From the IMG/VR virus record IMGVR_UViG_3300046804_000789, positions 1-49,572 of that record: 49,572 nucleotides of DNA. One strand, written 5' to 3'. This document shows, one piece after another, positions 28,049-37,896 of the stretch; within the stretch, counting starts at the first letter, position 1, and every line of letters begins with the position of its first letter. A program made the translations under genes and the position numbers. Origin of the DNA: a virus. Lineage: Duplodnaviria; Caudoviricetes. A model generated the notes under the pieces. It was not told where the DNA came from. It ran no database searches and saw only the letters and a program-made list of their open reading frames with translations.

Positions 28049-29017
28049 ATGGGCGGCGGTTCTGGCGGCGGCGCACCTACCCAAAGCACAACCTATACCT
28101 CGAACCTCCCGGAATATGCGCGTCCATATTTCGAGCGGATGATGAGTCGAAGTGAGGCTGAGAGCAATCAGCCTTATGTTGGCTATCAGGGTCAAAGGCT
28201 GGCTGGCTTTACGCCCGATACTCAGGCTGGGTTTAACATCACCCGCAATCTAGCTGCCCAGGGTAATCCTGAACTTGCTGCTGGCACTGGCATTATGGGT
28301 GCCGCAGCGCAGCGCGGCTTCCAGGCTAGTAACTACGCATCAACTCCAATCCAGCAAACAGCATTCGGGCAAGAGCAGGCGACTCAGTATATGTCGCCCT
28401 ATATGCAGAATGTGATTGAGCGTCAGCGTCAGGCTGAGATCCGTAACTTTGAAGAGGGTCGCCCTGCTCGGGAAACTCAGGCAATCAAGTCTGGTGCGTT
28501 TGGTGGCTACCGTCAGGCGATTCAGGAAGGTGTGGCGCAGCGTGGTATGCAGCAGCGTCTTGCTGACATTGAAGCCATGGGTCAGCAGAAGGCTTATGAA
28601 AGCGCGCAGGGGCAGTTTGAGCGGGATCGTGCGGCGTCAATGCAGGCACAGGCTCAGACCGAACAGCAGCGCCTTGCTGCCCAGCAATACGGTCTAGCTG
28701 GCGCGGGGCTTGGGTTACAGGCTGGCACTGGCTTGGGGCAGCTTGGTGCGATGCGGCAGGGCCTTACTCTGCAACAGGCTCAGGCACTGCAACAGCAGGG
28801 CGGTGTGCAGCAGGGTCAGGAGCAGAAGGCTCTTGATACTGCGTATCAGGACTTCTTGAACCAGCGTGATTTTGAAAAGCAGCAGATTAACTTCATGTCG
28901 AGCATCATGCGCGGCATTCCGGTTCAACCTCAGACAGTCCAAAACCAATACGCAAACCCCAACCCGTTTGCCCAGTTTGCTGGTCTTGGCATTGCTGGCC
29001 TTGGCTTGATGCGCTGA
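28049..29017 (+). CDS. putative ejection (DNA transfer) protein
   Basis: Starts MGGGSGGG; Gln/Ala-rich; YMSPYMQNV, GAFGG; hydrophobic C-terminus. Confidence 0.75.
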   Translation: MGGGSGGGAPTQSTTYTSNLPEYARPYFERMMSRSEAESNQPYVGYQGQRLAGFTPDTQAGFNITRNLAAQGNPELAAGTGIMGAAAQRGFQASNYASTPIQQTAFGQEQATQYMSPYMQNVIERQRQAEIRNFEEGRPARETQAIKSGAFGGYRQAIQEGVAQRGMQQRLADIEAMGQQKAYESAQGQFERDRAASMQAQAQTEQQRLAAQQYGLAGAGLGLQAGTGLGQLGAMRQGLTLQQAQALQQQGGVQQGQEQKALDTAYQDFLNQRDFEKQQINFMSSIMRGIPVQPQTVQNQYANPNPFAQFAGLGIAGLGLMR

Positions 29018-29029
29018 TAGGATTTAGAC

Positions 29030-30388
29030 ATGAACCTCCTCAAGATCCAAGACGCTCTCAAGAACGCATCAGACGATCAACTCATGCAGTTGATGCAGTC
29101 ACCTGATAGCTCTGCGCCTTCATACTTGGTTCTATCTGAGATCCGCCGCCGCAAGGATATGCGAGCGCAGCAACCTCAAGAACCTCAAGGCACAGTGGCT
29201 GAGGATCTGGCCAGCGTTCCGCAGACCTATGATCAAGCTGGCATTCGATCCCTCCGCACCCCAGGGTATGAGGAAGAGGAACGCGCTTCACCCGATGACA
29301 TGCAGGAAATGCGTGAGGGTGGTGTTGTCAGGATGCAGGCTGGTGGGGAAATTCCACTATTAACGCCTGAAGAATATCAAAGCCTTAGAGAAAATGATAT
29401 CTTTGGGCCAATTCGACCACGTTTATTTCCGGCGCCATATCGCGCACCATCTCCTGAACGTCCACGGGGTGGGGGCGAGTTTGGTGAGGAAGCTCCAATT
29501 ATCACCGAAAGACCAGTTCAATCACCCACACTCTCCAACGCTATTCCAGAAATTCCTAATTACACCCCACCTCCAATGGGTAACCAGCAAGTTTACACGC
29601 AGCCTGCTGGTCCACCAGCCCCTTCTGGTGGCGCGACAACTAACGCTGGTGGCGCTGCTGGTGGCGCTGCCGCTGGTATTCGTGGTGTTGGCGCTGGTGG
29701 TGTTGGCGCGGGCGATGGTGTGCTTGCTGGTATGCAGCGTCTTGAATCCGCCTTCCCCAACAGCCTCGCTGCCCTTCGCGAAGAGCTTGAGAAGGGCAGG
29801 ACCAATCCTCAAGAGCGGAGGCGTGAAGCTCAGAACCTTGCCTTAGTGGAAGCTGGTCTTCGCATGGCTGCTTCAAGGAACCCAAGCTTCCTTGGTTCTA
29901 TTGGTGAGGGTGCCACACCTGCTGTTCAGTCTTATGCTCAACAGCTTGGTCAGATCCGTCAGGATGAGCGTCAGGATATCCGTGACAGGTTCTCCCTGGA
30001 ACAGGCTAACCTTCAGCGCATGTATGCGCTTGGTCAGATCAGTGCCGCTGAATATCGCACTCGCGTTGCTGAGGCTGGCGCAAACGCCCGCACGAATGCA
30101 ACGTTGGCAAGCCAAGAAGCCCGTGAACGAACGCAAGCAACTGCGCTTGAGTCTCGCGAGCGTACTGCTGCTGCAACAGCTCTTCGTGCAGAAATTTCTG
30201 CTGATACTCAGATCAGGACTATTGGTGAACAGATTGGTTTGGCTGAATCACAATTGGCCAGCGTACCAGAGGCACAGCGAGGCCCTATTGCTGCTAGGTT
30301 ACAGCAACTCGTAGCCGCCAGAGCTGCACGGGAAAGGCAGATTGCCGCTAGGTATCAGGCAAACACAGATCCGCTTGGCTATCGCTGA
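29030..30388 (+). CDS. putative ejection protein
   Basis: 452 aa helical/low-complexity; MREGG and MQAGG motifs; lies in the ejection cluster. Confidence 0.7.
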   Translation: MNLLKIQDALKNASDDQLMQLMQSPDSSAPSYLVLSEIRRRKDMRAQQPQEPQGTVAEDLASVPQTYDQAGIRSLRTPGYEEEERASPDDMQEMREGGVVRMQAGGEIPLLTPEEYQSLRENDIFGPIRPRLFPAPYRAPSPERPRGGGEFGEEAPIITERPVQSPTLSNAIPEIPNYTPPPMGNQQVYTQPAGPPAPSGGATTNAGGAAGGAAAGIRGVGAGGVGAGDGVLAGMQRLESAFPNSLAALREELEKGRTNPQERRREAQNLALVEAGLRMAASRNPSFLGSIGEGATPAVQSYAQQLGQIRQDERQDIRDRFSLEQANLQRMYALGQISAAEYRTRVAEAGANARTNATLASQEARERTQATALESRERTAAATALRAEISADTQIRTIGEQIGLAESQLASVPEAQRGPIAARLQQLVAARAARERQIAARYQANTDPLGYR

Positions 30389-30402
30389 TCAGGGGAATTA
30401 AC

Positions 30403-33400
30403 ATGCCTACCATGCAAGAAGTTCGTCAGATATTTCCTCAATACGATGATCTATCTGATGAACAACTTCTTACTGGCATTCATAGGAAGTTTTATTCTGA
30501 CATTCCTATCGAAGACTTTATGTCTCGGATTTCTTCGGCACCTCAGCAGCCAGCACAACCACCTCAAGGAGGGAGTGCGCTTGGCACTGCGCTTGGTTCA
30601 GTTGTTTCTGGTGGCGGCGGTCTACTTTCTACTGTCGGCTCTCTGGGTGGCATGGTTCTTCCTGGCGTTGGGTATGACAATGCTCTCACTCGCGCTGGAC
30701 GTGATGTTCAGCAATACGGCGAAAGCCTTATGTCCGAGGAGATGCGCGCCAAGCGCGCAGCATTATCTGAAGCGGTAAAACAGGCTGAAGATCAGGGCTT
30801 GGTTGCCGAAGCATCCGCTGCTCTGAGAATGTTGGCACAGAACCCAAGCCTCATTGGGTCCATGCTGCTTGAGCAGATCCCCATGTTTGTTGCCACCGGG
30901 GGTGCAGGCCGGGCGGCTATGGGTGCTGTTCAGCTTGGCACCCGAGGTGCAGTGAGGGCTGCGGCAGCGGGGGCTGAAAGACAGGCCGCTGCTGAGGCTG
31001 CGGCTCAATTGGCTGGTAGAGTAGGCACTGGCACTGCAATCGGTACAGGCGCTGCTTTACAGGGCGGTGAAGTGGCGGGTCAGGCATATCAGGACATTAT
31101 GTCCTTGCCTGATGCAACGCTGGCAAACAGCCCTGCGTATCAGGCCCTGACACAAAGAATGTCTGGGGAAGAAGCTCGCAGGACGCTGGCTGAAGAGGCT
31201 GCTCAACAAGCTGGGCTTATGGGTGCCGGGATCTCTGGCGCTGCTGCCGCTGCATTGCCGGGTGCCGAGAAGGCGCTGTTCAGCAAGAAGCTTTCTGAAC
31301 GGGTTGTTCGCCGGGTTCTGATTGGTGCTGCTGGTGAAGGCGCACAGGAAGCCATCGAAGAAGGCGGCGGTCAGATTGCTCAGAACATCGCCGCTCGCCG
31401 TGCTGACACTGAGCGTGACCTGACCCGTGGCGCTGCTGGTGCGGCTGCTATTGGCGGCACCCTTGGCGCCATCATGGGTGGTGGTATTGCTGGGGTGAGG
31501 GGGCCAACGCCCCCTCCAGCAGAGGCTCGTTCACCAATCACGCAGCAAGTGATTAACGATTATCTTGCTGGTAGGGATCTGCCTCCTGAAGTGGAGGCCG
31601 CTGCCGAGAATGCGATTGCCTCTGGTCAGCCCCCGGCTCCTCCCTCGGAACCACCTACACAGGCTGCGGCTCCTGTCCCCCCTCTTCCTGAAGCTGCTGC
31701 CCAACCGCCCGTCACTGAAACCGCTGCTGAACCAACCACGCAGGCTGCTGTTACGCAGCCCGTAACACCTGCTGCGCCTACGGTTGCTGAACCAGAAGTG
31801 CCTTCGGCTGCGGAGGCGGCTCCTGCGTTAGAACAACCAGCAGAAACGCCTTCAGCAGAGCAACCCCGCAATCAGAAATTGGCTTCTGATCAAGCAAGTG
31901 GCGCTGATTTGTTGCGGTACTTGGACCTCTCGGCACGAGAAACTCCAGAAGCTACCCAACCAGCGGCTGAGGCTGCGGCACCCGCTGGCGTTGACCCAAA
32001 GGAAGATCTGAGGAGGGCCAGGATTGCGGAGCGCCGGGCTGAGCGTATTATCAAACAGACCAACGATCCAAACGTCAAGGCCTCGGCTCAAGCTCAACTT
32101 GCACAGGCACAGGAAGCCCGTGCGAAGGCCGAGGAAGCCATCAAGGCGCAGGAGGATGCTGCCGCCAAGGAAGAGCAGGGACGGCTACGCACAGCCTTTA
32201 AACGGGCCAGCGAGATCATCAACAAGCGGCTTGGTGAACTTGAGAATATGGGAACCCAAGGCAAGGAAGTTGCCGATGGTATTCGCCGTGCTTTGGATAA
32301 CCGTGCGTTTGATTCTCAACAGCTTCTTGGCGCCTTCATTGGCGCGGATGTTTTGGTCAAGCAACTTCCCGGTAAGGCCAATCACAGGATTGAGTTTGTT
32401 GAGAGGCTTCTTCCCACTGAAGAAGAGGCCAAGGCTGTTGAAGCCAGTGGCGGTACGCTTGGTGCCGAGGTTCAGGGTCGCAGAGATGCAGCCAAGGCTC
32501 TGATTGAACTCTCCCTATCGAAGAGGTTCCTTGATCCTGGGTACGTCCTGCTGCGTGAGACTGCGGCACATGAAGCGTTCCATGTGCTTCAGGATTACTA
32601 CAAGAAGTTTGACAAGGGATTTGCTCAGGCACTTGATAATGCCTTCGCCAAGGGGTCTGATCTCAAAGATGGTAAGGCAATGTTTGCCGACATCATCAAA
32701 GATAAATCCCTCAAGAATAAACTCCAGCGTTTGAGAAGCGCCGCTGGCAACATGTCGTACTTCGATCTGCTTGTTAGGGATCTGAAAAGTCCAATCACGC
32801 CACGCGAAGCTCAGGCTTATGTGTATGGCGCGTTGGTGGATTCTCTGCGGCGCGGCAATCAGATTACCGGGGTTAAGCCTGGGTTCAGCAGGTTCATCAA
32901 CTTCCTTCGCGACTTCTTCTCCCGCATGGGTAATGCGCTGAGTGGCCTTGGGTATGCCACCACCAGTGAGTTGTTGACCCGTGAAGCTGGTAGGGGTGGA
33001 GCTAGGTTCACTGAGGAACTTGCGCGTCCCGCACAGGCACAGGCTGAGATGTCTGCGGCACCACGGGGTGTTGAGATCACCCCGCAAAACACCGAGGCTC
33101 TAATCAGTGAGCTTGCGGCTGCGGCTCCTGACATTGAGTTCTCTGCGCGCGAAGGTGTTTCCCTGAAGCCCGGCAAACCAGATGTGGTTGAGGCTGGCAA
33201 CAACACTCAAATGTTTTGGGACATTGAAGGTGGCGGCATCATCTTCATGAACGCTTATAGGCAGGGCGATGTTTTTGAAATTGATGCTATTGCCCCAGAA
33301 GACATTAAGAAAAATCCAAAGCTCAAAACCATTCCAACAGGTTCTTATGGGCCATTTGGTCTGAGGGTTCCTTTGGGCATTACAGGAACTCGCAAACTAA

Positions 33401-36400
33401 TTGATGATATCACTAATTATTTAAAAACTCGGTTCCCTGAAATAAGGTACGTCGAGGGGTATCGAATTACTGGAACCAGACAGGGTCTCCCCCCAGAAAG
33501 ACAATTTGTCAGAAAGGATATCTATCGTCAAAAGCCCGAGGTGGAGTTTGCTGCTCGCAGTGTTGGCATGACCACGCCTGACTTTGTTGATTGGTTTGGT
33601 GAAAGTAAAGTTTCGGATAGGAATGGCAATCCTATTCCTGCCTATACTGGAAGCGTAAACCAGTTCAATGCTTTTGATTTGAATGCCGCAAGCCCAGACA
33701 GCCTATATGGGCGTGGCTTCTGGTTTTCTACAAATCCAGAAATGGCTGGTGGTGTGCCAAGGAATGTTTCTTCTTTGGAAGAAGCATACACACAAGGTGA
33801 AAAGGCTCAAGCTGGGTATGCTTTTCAAGGCAGAAAACTCACCATCAACCCACCATCAGAAGACAAGATGGATGCAGTAAAAGAATTACTCACCGACAGA
33901 TATGTTCTTGGTAAGCCTGAGTTACAAAAACTCAAGGCAGCAGCCTCCTTGGGAGCCAATGAATTTGCAAAAGAGTTCAACAAGGTTGCATCTGCGGCGC
34001 CAAGATACTCAAGTCAACGAGATCGACTAATTAACTTTGTTAGCGATTTAGATCTTAATTCTGATATGGCTGGCGCGGCCACAGTTTATCCTGTGTACCT
34101 GTCAATTCAGAATCCGTTTGATATGTCTGAAACTTTTACGCACCCAAACTTTGATGGGAAAATATTGCGCTATTCGTTCATGGACGAGAACGGAAAGATG
34201 ATCAATCAAAGTGTGATTGATAATATTTGGAAACATTGGATATCAATGTTTTCAACAAAGCCAGATTTTGATGTAAAAAAATACAGCGAAATCTTTTGGC
34301 AAGACATGAAGCGTGAGTTTCAGTCGCCAAGTGTTGCTTATAGAAGCAAAGAAACGATATCTAATGAAGACCTGTATAACTTTATGGTTAGTTCTGCTGA
34401 CTATGAAAATCAAAGAAATGGCACGAACATTCCACCAAAAGACATGGTCAACGAGGCTCTTCGTTACCGTGGGTATGACGGGATAAAATCAACATCAACA
34501 GACATACCAAGCGAAAGGTCTCTTCCAACAGGGGAAAGAACCAAAACTCCGTCTGATGTTTGGGTTGCTTTTGATCCAACTCAGATTAAATCTATCTTCA
34601 ATAAGTTTGAGCAGGGTGTCGCAACTCAACCTGAGTTTGCTGCGCGTCAATCACCGCTGCTGACAGATCCAAACTATTCCTTCTATATGGATGCCCTGAC
34701 TGCTCAGCCTATTGCGCGGTCTGGCTTATTTGGCGGTGTGTTCCGGCGCTTTGTTGGTGCCATGGATAACACCGCGCTTTACGGCACAGCCAATACACCA
34801 GAGCGTTTAAGGGATGCATTGGTTCGCACCTCGGTGAACCGCAATCATCCTATTTGGATGTTGCAGACATTGGCTGATCGTATGGGTGTTCTCAACGGAC
34901 GTGACATTGGCATCGCTGCCGAGTCAGCCCTGATGAACACGGGCCGTATGCAGATCCTGACCCAGGTTGCTGGCCTGAAGTTTGATCCAACCACTGGTGA
35001 CATTGACATCCGCAACGATGTCAAATCCCTTATGGAGATCTTTGAAGGTAAGGTTGACACCAAGAACCAAGCCATCCTTCAGCGGTATCTGATTGCCCTG
35101 AGAGAGAAGGATCTGCGCGGCGTTGGCCGCACAGGGATGAAGTCGATCAAGGGTCAGCCGTTCACTGATCAGATGATCAATGACATCATCCAGCAAACAG
35201 AACAGGCGCATCCTGAGTTTGTAGATGTTGCCAAAGACCTGAAGAAGTTCAGTGACTCACTGCTGGACTTCGCGGTTGATACCGGGATCATGACACGGGC
35301 AAAGGCGCAAGAGCTTGCGCTGATCTTCTACACACCGTTCTACCGTGAAATGGAAGCCGACAGCCAGAGTGATCCCAATCAGATCCTCGGCCCGAATGTG
35401 AGCAATGTTCTCCGCAACACCACCAGTGCCTTGGATAAGAAGCTTGGTGGCGGTGACGGGAATGTTGGTGATCTGCTTGAGAACATCTTGCGGAATGCTG
35501 ACAGCATTATCCGGGCTGGCCTGAAGAACCATGCAATCAAGATGACCGCTGAGGTTGCCCGCGATGTGGGCCTTGGTCAGGTCGTTCAGAGTGCCGCCGG
35601 AAACAACATCGTTACCTACCGGGTCAACGGGAATGAAGTTCATTTCCGGGTCGATGATCCCATCCTATTCACCGCCATGGCCACAGCCCCGGCAAAGACC
35701 AGGGGTGCGCTTCATCAAGCAATGGCAAGGATGGCTTCGTTCTTCCGGGATATGATCACCCTTGCCCCGTCATTCATGTGGGCAAACCTGTATCGCGGTA
35801 AGTTCCAGGCCTACGCTCAGGAAGGCGCATCTTTCAGCCCATTCACCACAATGAAGGGGATGAAGGACTTCCTGAAAGCCAACCCATCGTACCTAGCTTT
35901 CACGGCACAGACCGGGTTTGGTGGCTACACCCTTGGTATGGGTGAGCGGAACATCGCCGCGAAGATGAAGAAGCAACTCGATGATCGTGGGATCTTTGGG
36001 GAGCTTATGCGCTTTAACCTCCTGGCACCTTTCAAGAAGGCTATGGATGGGCTTTCCCAGATTAGCGAAGCCACAGAGCTTGCTGAACGCCTCGCCCTGT
36101 ATGAGAGGCTTAAACGCCAGGGAATGACCGATAAGCAAGCGGCCTTCCAGGCTTACATGCTGGCACCATTCTCCCGCCAGGGTTCTGGCCAGGGTGTGTT
36201 TGGCAATGTGGTGCAGAGCCTGATCCCGCTGGTGCCGTTCCTCAATGCCAAGATCCAAGGTCTGTATCGGCTTGTGGAAAATGAGAAGGGCAACAAGACC
36301 ATCCTCAAGATACCGCAGCAAATTTTCCTGCGTAGTATGGTCATCACCGCATTTTCTACGGCACTGTATGGCTTGGCGTTATCTGGTGGTTATGAAGACG

Positions 36401-37305
36401 AGCTTGATGGGCTGAGTGTTGATGACATCATCAGGTATGATTGGATCTTCACACCGAATGGCGGGAAGTTTGCTCTGCCTCGTAACTTTGAAATCGGGTC
36501 TTTCTTTGGTGCCGTGCCGATCCTTGCAATGGAGGCATACCGCAAGGGTCATACCGATGACCTGACCAAGGCTGCTGTTTCGATTGGCACATCAACCCTG
36601 TTCTTCAATCCAATCCCACAGGGTGTGCTGCCGATCCTGTCGGCTGTAACCAATTATGACTTCTTCCGGCAAAAAGAAATCGAGAACTATGCGATGCGGA
36701 ACCTTCCGGCTGAAGACCGGGTGGATAGGTCAACCACAACTGTGGCTAAGCTGGCCTCTGCTGCCACAGGTAACCTTGTCAGCCCCATCAAGATGCAGGC
36801 AGTGCTTAATGGTTATCTTGGAAGCATTGGCTCTGGGATAATGACCGGGTTTGACACGATCCTATCCAAGCTGGATGTGATCCCGAATAAACCCGCTGGT
36901 CCGTTTGGTGATCCGACAGATATCCCGGCGATCCTTGGTAATGCATCAGGGCTTGGCAGGTTCTACCGCACTGATGAGACCAAGGTCTCAAGGTTCGTCG
37001 GGGATTTCTATACCCTCAAGGAACAGGCAACTCAGGTCAGCAACGCAATCAACGAGGCCAACCTGCGTGGCGATTACAATCGTGCGATTGAATTGCAAAC
37101 TGAGAAGGGTCAGCTTGCCATGATGAACCGGACGATTGCCCGGACATCAACAAGGCTGAGTGAATTGAACCGTCAGATCCGGTCCATTGAAGCTGGGCCA
37201 TTTGACTCGGAGACAAAGCTTGCGCTTATAGCTCCGCTTCGCCAGCAGCGTGATATGTTGGCGAAGCAGACTGTTCAACAAGCCAGAGCGGTAGGGGCAA
37301 TTTAA
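30403..37305 (+). CDS. large polyvalent ejection protein (HExxH metallopeptidase, ADP-ribosyltransferase-like and LPD38-like regions)
   Basis: AHEAFH at about 32566-32583; FVDWFGESKV..G.P..YTGS..F.AFD..G.GFWFS..VYPVYLSIQNP..GYDGI..AFDPTQIKS; C-terminal VPFLNAKIQG, LPRNFEIG, SPIKM..V..GYLG. Confidence 0.8.
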   Translation: MPTMQEVRQIFPQYDDLSDEQLLTGIHRKFYSDIPIEDFMSRISSAPQQPAQPPQGGSALGTALGSVVSGGGGLLSTVGSLGGMVLPGVGYDNALTRAGRDVQQYGESLMSEEMRAKRAALSEAVKQAEDQGLVAEASAALRMLAQNPSLIGSMLLEQIPMFVATGGAGRAAMGAVQLGTRGAVRAAAAGAERQAAAEAAAQLAGRVGTGTAIGTGAALQGGEVAGQAYQDIMSLPDATLANSPAYQALTQRMSGEEARRTLAEEAAQQAGLMGAGISGAAAAALPGAEKALFSKKLSERVVRRVLIGAAGEGAQEAIEEGGGQIAQNIAARRADTERDLTRGAAGAAAIGGTLGAIMGGGIAGVRGPTPPPAEARSPITQQVINDYLAGRDLPPEVEAAAENAIASGQPPAPPSEPPTQAAAPVPPLPEAAAQPPVTETAAEPTTQAAVTQPVTPAAPTVAEPEVPSAAEAAPALEQPAETPSAEQPRNQKLASDQASGADLLRYLDLSARETPEATQPAAEAAAPAGVDPKEDLRRARIAERRAERIIKQTNDPNVKASAQAQLAQAQEARAKAEEAIKAQEDAAAKEEQGRLRTAFKRASEIINKRLGELENMGTQGKEVADGIRRALDNRAFDSQQLLGAFIGADVLVKQLPGKANHRIEFVERLLPTEEEAKAVEASGGTLGAEVQGRRDAAKALIELSLSKRFLDPGYVLLRETAAHEAFHVLQDYYKKFDKGFAQALDNAFAKGSDLKDGKAMFADIIKDKSLKNKLQRLRSAAGNMSYFDLLVRDLKSPITPREAQAYVYGALVDSLRRGNQITGVKPGFSRFINFLRDFFSRMGNALSGLGYATTSELLTREAGRGGARFTEELARPAQAQAEMSAAPRGVEITPQNTEALISELAAAAPDIEFSAREGVSLKPGKPDVVEAGNNTQMFWDIEGGGIIFMNAYRQGDVFEIDAIAPEDIKKNPKLKTIPTGSYGPFGLRVPLGITGTRKLIDDITNYLKTRFPEIRYVEGYRITGTRQGLPPERQFVRKDIYRQKPEVEFAARSVGMTTPDFVDWFGESKVSDRNGNPIPAYTGSVNQFNAFDLNAASPDSLYGRGFWFSTNPEMAGGVPRNVSSLEEAYTQGEKAQAGYAFQGRKLTINPPSEDKMDAVKELLTDRYVLGKPELQKLKAAASLGANEFAKEFNKVASAAPRYSSQRDRLINFVSDLDLNSDMAGAATVYPVYLSIQNPFDMSETFTHPNFDGKILRYSFMDENGKMINQSVIDNIWKHWISMFSTKPDFDVKKYSEIFWQDMKREFQSPSVAYRSKETISNEDLYNFMVSSADYENQRNGTNIPPKDMVNEALRYRGYDGIKSTSTDIPSERSLPTGERTKTPSDVWVAFDPTQIKSIFNKFEQGVATQPEFAARQSPLLTDPNYSFYMDALTAQPIARSGLFGGVFRRFVGAMDNTALYGTANTPERLRDALVRTSVNRNHPIWMLQTLADRMGVLNGRDIGIAAESALMNTGRMQILTQVAGLKFDPTTGDIDIRNDVKSLMEIFEGKVDTKNQAILQRYLIALREKDLRGVGRTGMKSIKGQPFTDQMINDIIQQTEQAHPEFVDVAKDLKKFSDSLLDFAVDTGIMTRAKAQELALIFYTPFYREMEADSQSDPNQILGPNVSNVLRNTTSALDKKLGGGDGNVGDLLENILRNADSIIRAGLKNHAIKMTAEVARDVGLGQVVQSAAGNNIVTYRVNGNEVHFRVDDPILFTAMATAPAKTRGALHQAMARMASFFRDMITLAPSFMWANLYRGKFQAYAQEGASFSPFTTMKGMKDFLKANPSYLAFTAQTGFGGYTLGMGERNIAAKMKKQLDDRGIFGELMRFNLLAPFKKAMDGLSQISEATELAERLALYERLKRQGMTDKQAAFQAYMLAPFSRQGSGQGVFGNVVQSLIPLVPFLNAKIQGLYRLVENEKGNKTILKIPQQIFLRSMVITAFSTALYGLALSGGYEDELDGLSVDDIIRYDWIFTPNGGKFALPRNFEIGSFFGAVPILAMEAYRKGHTDDLTKAAVSIGTSTLFFNPIPQGVLPILSAVTNYDFFRQKEIENYAMRNLPAEDRVDRSTTTVAKLASAATGNLVSPIKMQAVLNGYLGSIGSGIMTGFDTILSKLDVIPNKPAGPFGDPTDIPAILGNASGLGRFYRTDETKVSRFVGDFYTLKEQATQVSNAINEANLRGDYNRAIELQTEKGQLAMMNRTIARTSTRLSELNRQIRSIEAGPFDSETKLALIAPLRQQRDMLAKQTVQQARAVGAI

Positions 37306-37604
37306 GAATTGCCCACACCATTCATGTCAGCGAAGTGTTTCCATGCCATTTCGCTGGCACTCTTTTTGGTCATCTTGTAGGTTTCTTCCAGAACACCAAA
37401 CGCATTATCAATGTTCTGTGCCACGTCCTTCGGGCCTGAACACACAAGGATCATTCCCCAGAAGGTGTTGCAAAGAACATTCATCATCTCGTGTGGTGTT
37501 GCTTTGTCTTCGCCCACCAACTGCATGACGCAATGAAGAAGTGACTGAGACATAGTGGCAATTTTCTTTGTCCGTTCTTCTGATTCTTCTTCTTCATTTT
37601 CCAT
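37302..37604 (-). CDS. hypothetical protein
   Basis: Start reassigned to MENEEE after GAGGA. Confidence 0.55.
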   Translation of the reverse strand: MENEEEESEERTKKIATMSQSLLHCVMQLVGEDKATPHEMMNVLCNTFWGMILVCSGPKDVAQNIDNAFGVLEETYKMTKKSASEMAWKHFADMNGVGNS

Positions 37605-37896
37605 TGGATACTTCCTCAAGGATTGAGGCATACCCTGCGATATCAATGTGGCTATCCTGATGACCCGGTGAGTGCATAAGTCTTGCGATCTTCAGCAGCA
37701 GCATCATCATGGCTACATCGTATGCGTGGATCTCCTGGCACTCAGACAGTATGTTATTGCCTGACCGCGTTTCCTTGAGCCACATGTTCCACAGGTCTGC
37801 GATGCGCTTGTGGTTCACATACTTATCGCCATAGTCGGTGGCTCTCTGACCACCGACAAGCTCAGCCGCCTTGAGCAACATATCTCCTGCGTTCAT
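37594..37896 (-). CDS. DUF6378-family protein
   Basis: AELVGGQRATDYGD...N..RIADLW..DVAMMM.LLKIAR..H.DS..DIAGYA. Confidence 0.8.
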   Translation of the reverse strand: MNAGDMLLKAAELVGGQRATDYGDKYVNHKRIADLWNMWLKETRSGNNILSECQEIHAYDVAMMMLLLKIARLMHSPGHQDSHIDIAGYASILEEVSNGK

